Source: Macrostomum lignano (lineage: Eukaryota). From it: 45,153 nucleotides of DNA. Below are positions 39,951-45,153 of the stretch, piece by piece. The notes beneath the pieces were generated by a model. The model saw only the letters and a list, made by a program, of their open reading frames with translations, was not told the DNA's origin and ran no database searches. The stretch is from assembly GCA_002269645.1 (NCBI GenBank), contig NIVC01001002.1, forward strand, positions 1-45,153, read 5' to 3'. The first letter of the stretch is position 1, and each line of letters opens with the position of its first letter. The position numbers and the translations under genes were made by a program.

Positions 39951-40904
39951 AGTTCATGTCTAAGAAACAGAATGAACCGAATTTCAAGCATAGACCCAGC
40001 GTGTGACTGCATCAGCTCAAATAGGAAAATGTGGTGAAAATTAAAGGAAACAAAACAAATTAGAATTCGACTTCAATTAATAATTTGTTCATCGAATCGT
40101 ATCCGGCCTGTGACGTCATTCTTTTAGTTTCGAGCCGGGTTTAATTTCCGATTCTAAAAGACTCGGGCAGCTCGTGCTCAAAAAGATGTCTTAAGCGCCG
40201 GAGCGCTCGTCCGCTACGATCAGGAAGGGAGATTTCCCTCAGCGAGCGAGAAACCAATGATTGCGTAACAGCCTGCGGAAACGACGGACTCAAGAACTGC
40301 CGCTGATCATCGATTCGGGTGATGAAGGTTGGAAATCCCGAATCATTGATCCCGTGCAGCTTCGTCTCTCAGCACTAGAAAATTCTCCATTTTTCTAGAA
40401 ACGATTCTGCTCACTCATGAAGTTGAACCATCGGAACGATTTTGTTATCTTCCAGTCAGCTGTGAACATGGTTTATAACAATTGGGCTTTTTTTAGAACC
40501 AGACAACTGCTTTCACAATCACGCTTTCCGAAAATGCATGCGCGTTTCCTATCGTTCAGTCTCATTGTTTAGCTATGATTGCAGTAATTATGGAACTCCT
40601 TTGCTTCCTTCCTCCGCTCCCAGACAGCAACAGCACTAAAGAGAAAGGTAAACTAACTAACATTTTTTATTAATAATTTTTCGTCAGGCAAAGTTGGGAG
40701 AATGAAAGGCAAAATTATTCCCAGATATTCGTCGTCCGTGGAGCAGACGGAAGGGGGAGAGAGTATTGGATGATTGTTAATTTTTCATTGCAACCTCACT
40801 GAGGGGACTGGGCTGTCAATCTCCAGGTTCACGAGGCCTGCCGGGCCAGTGAGTAGATTGACATCTTTCACCTGCAAAGCCAGGTGCGTACTGTAAGATG
40901 CAAA

Positions 40905-41263
40905 TCTGCTCCTGTCTGCTCATTAGTGTCATTGATCATTGCCTTTGACTGCTTATCAGTTTGCCTGTGTATCCCTGTCTGCTCCTGTCTGCTCCTGTCT
41001 CTCCTGTCTGCTCCTGTCTGCTCCTGTCTGCTTCTGTCTGCTTCTGTCTGCTTCTGTCTGCTCCTGTCTCTCCTGTCTGCTCATTAGTGTCATTGATCAT
41101 TGCCTTTGACTGCTTATCAGTTTGCCTGTGTATCCCTGTCTGCTCCTGTCTGCTCCTGTCTGCTCCTGTCTGCTCCTGTCTGCTCCTGTCTCTCCTGTCT
41201 GCTCCTGTCTGCTTCTGTCTGCTCCTGTCTGCTCCTGTCTGCTCTTGTCTGTCCATGCCTGCC

Positions 41264-41304
<41 letters not shown>

Positions 41305-41305
41305 T
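40905..41305 (+). repeat. 10-bp CTCCTGTCTG repeat with a duplicated internal unique block, ending in (GTCT)n
   Basis: The block CATTAGTGTCATTGATCATTGCCTTTGACTGC... occurs at about 40921 and 41082. Confidence 0.9.
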
Positions 41306-42088
41306 TGCGTACTAAAAGTCGGTCAAATTGCTATCATTTGATATTTTATTTGCAAGAAAATTGACAGCTAGACTCAAAAGTCATTTTTTGCTCAACATAT
41401 CGGCAGTATATTGGTTAGCTCGGCTTGAAAATTCACTAAAAGCAGTTAAAATCCAATTTCCTATAAGACTGTAAGACTATAACACTCGGGTAAGCAACCC
41501 TCTAATCTCCCCGACTCTCCGTACAAGAACAAATTGCACTATATAAAGCAAGTCATCAGTGTTCGTCTTATCCAGCATCAACTTTTTAATCTGATTTTGA
41601 TCGCATCTCCCTGCCTTAGACAGATTAGTCAGACAGGGCTGCGGAGATTGCCGCTTGCCAACGGTAAGTGCTGGCTCGTTTGAGGGGAGGACACACACAC
41701 ACACAAGGCTCAGTGAGTCTGTGAGCAGCAAAATTATGATGCTTAGTTGCATCACAAAAGTGCAGTGCAACAACCATTATATTCCAACGGAGAGGCCCGG
41801 CGATATTCGGACAGCGGGTGGCTGATTTTTAAAAGAAATTTTACGGCAAAAATTGCTACCAAACAGGGGCTGTAAATTTGGATTTTCCTTTTCTCCGGGT
41901 CTGACTGAAGACAATCTGCCAGCTGCATCAGGTGCACTGCCGAGCGCCTCCACACTCGGCTCTTTTTGATGCATGGGACTGCCTGCTGCTGAGGAAATGC
42001 TTTGAGTTGGGGAAATCAGGTAGACTGTTGCTGGCCGCTGAGAGCTCAAAGAAGGCAGGGGCACCATTTCCTGTACCTGGATGATAAA

Positions 42089-42546
<458 letters not shown>

Positions 42547-44159
42547 CACATTGATATTCCAGGCTGAGCAATAAACATGATATCCCAACCATACTAATAA
42601 TATGCAAATATGCCACTCACTGCTCAGCTTAGAGAGGGTGGAGCTCAGCCAGATGACGAAGAGAAGCTGGGTAGGCCAGGCAAAATGGCTTGACAAACGG
42701 AGCCCCCCACCCCAGATTTATATTGCCCTCCGGCGTCAAATTCCCGAGTTCACTGCTCCCCGCTTATTGCATTTCCCCAATTTCAGTCCCTAAGCACAGG
42801 CTGCAGGACTCAGCTAAACTGCCTGCTTGCTCAAATCTTGGCTCAAATTCTTGGCTCAAACTGTTTGCTCTCGCAGTTCAAAGAGCCCGCTTAGTAGGTA
42901 TACAGTTAGCTAGTTGAAAAGGTACACAAAGCAGGCAGGTAACTGTCTCGGTTGATTTGAAAGAGCTGCCCTGTCCACCTCCCAAATCTGAATTGCCGAA
43001 TTCTTCTGAGTAAATGGAGTCATTCAGCGATGCAAGTCAAGAATGATCCCCGTCTCAATCTAGTTTGTCCGCAGTCTGTTTCTGCAGCTGATCCGATTTA
43101 CTGCTGATGAGCATCGGCTGGTCTCTCTAGCTTTGAAGAGTTGCGCAAGCGAGCGAGCCATAGCCGCACGAGAATGACGCAATCGGTGTGCAATTGATTT
43201 ATAACATCTTGGCCCATCGATCTGTCTGGGAATTTGGGCAACTACTTGAGGAAGGACGCTTGCCAAGGCGGAAGCCATCTAGTGTAGGTAAGCTGGGCGA
43301 CAAAGCGCTAAATAGGAATGGATTTTGCCCAGCAACGCGGCTTACACCTGTGTTTATACCACGCCGGGTGACAAATGAAAATCGAAATCTGGAAAGCTTC
43401 AGACAGGAGTTGCATCACAACCCTTAGGAAGCTGCGGACGATGGAGAAGAGTGTAGAAGAGGAGAGGAAAAGCATTTGAGATCCTAATTAAGCTTGAGAG
43501 ACAAGAGGACGGCTTCATCCAGGAGGGCTCGGAAACAGTCCGAGCGACCATCTGACAGCAAGCTAGTGTGCTCAAAGTGTAGCTCAATTCCCTGTGAGCA
43601 AATTAAGTTGAGGTTTGGGTACTCTTGTCTCCTCCCACCGCGTGTCTCTCTTCTCTCTCTTGTCCCCGTCTCCTTCCTGCAGGCGGTTTTACAAGCGCTA
43701 ACCCGACCGATGGAGCTCTCACAGAATTTCTGAGGATAATTCGACCTGTCAATCGATCGTGTGCATTCGAATTCGCGGCTAACATGAGGGGGGGACTGTG
43801 GAGTTGGGAAGGGGGTGCTTCGAGGTTGCGCAGCTGCAGCTGCAGCGATCGCGGCTTTCATGTCGGCAGTATCTGGGCAGGATTGGGGTGGCAACTCCTG
43901 GTCTGGGAGTTTGGTCATGACAGGATTCTGTGCTGACAGAAAAACAGCACTCAGCTATTTGGGAAACTGTGTTCCGTAGAAAAAAAAACTTTTTAGCATG
44001 GGAGAAAGAAATTAGGGAGCTCACTTAGTTGGGATTGATTCATCTCATGTGCTCTCTGTGCTCTCTCAAATTTAACCGTGCGATGGGTGAATGACTCTCA
44101 GAGCAAGTGGCTGGGCTATCTGAAGACCCAGTGAATGACAGAAAGTGTTATGGTGGTGA

Positions 44160-45153
<994 letters not shown>

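Noticed and set aside
40566-40655. Possible plus-strand first coding exon MIAVIMELLCFLPPLPDSNSTKEK|GTAAAC, with a CRE palindrome TGACGTCA at 40111-40118
   Set aside because: Short, no recognisable homology, and no convincing downstream exon in the window.
42600-44150. Moderately GC-rich unique sequence, possibly old retroelement debris
   Set aside because: No recognisable RT, RNase H, endonuclease or gag motif by eye; needs a RepeatMasker/HMM search.

Overview
Eukaryotic (metazoan) genomic DNA. It has GC-rich exons, short GT-AG introns and very dense mini/microsatellites. The style suggests a free-living flatworm such as Macrostomum, but that is inference only. Five protein-coding genes can be reconstructed by hand from splice sites and reading phase. 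On the + strand are a Cdc25 phosphatase and a secreted trypsin-like protease. On the - strand are three co-oriented genes: an L1/neuroglian-type Ig-FN3 adhesion molecule, an intronless divergent ionotropic-receptor (iGluR/IR)-like gene, and an ankyrin-repeat DHHC palmitoyltransferase (Patsas/ZDHHC13-17 type). The protease and the L1 gene each need one extra base to stay in frame, most likely an assembly indel. Also present are a tRNA-headed CORE-type SINE, decayed non-LTR retrotransposon fragments and about 25 tandem arrays. Most long ORFs in the supplied track are repeat read-throughs. Most interesting observations: Phe at Gly193 in the protease; an L1 protein with no FIGQY motif and a single-exon ectodomain; the divergent IR; a possible co-transcribed three-gene cluster; and six arrays with different units that share a GGCGCC (E2F/YY1-like) core. 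No CRISPR array, rRNA or true tRNA gene was seen.
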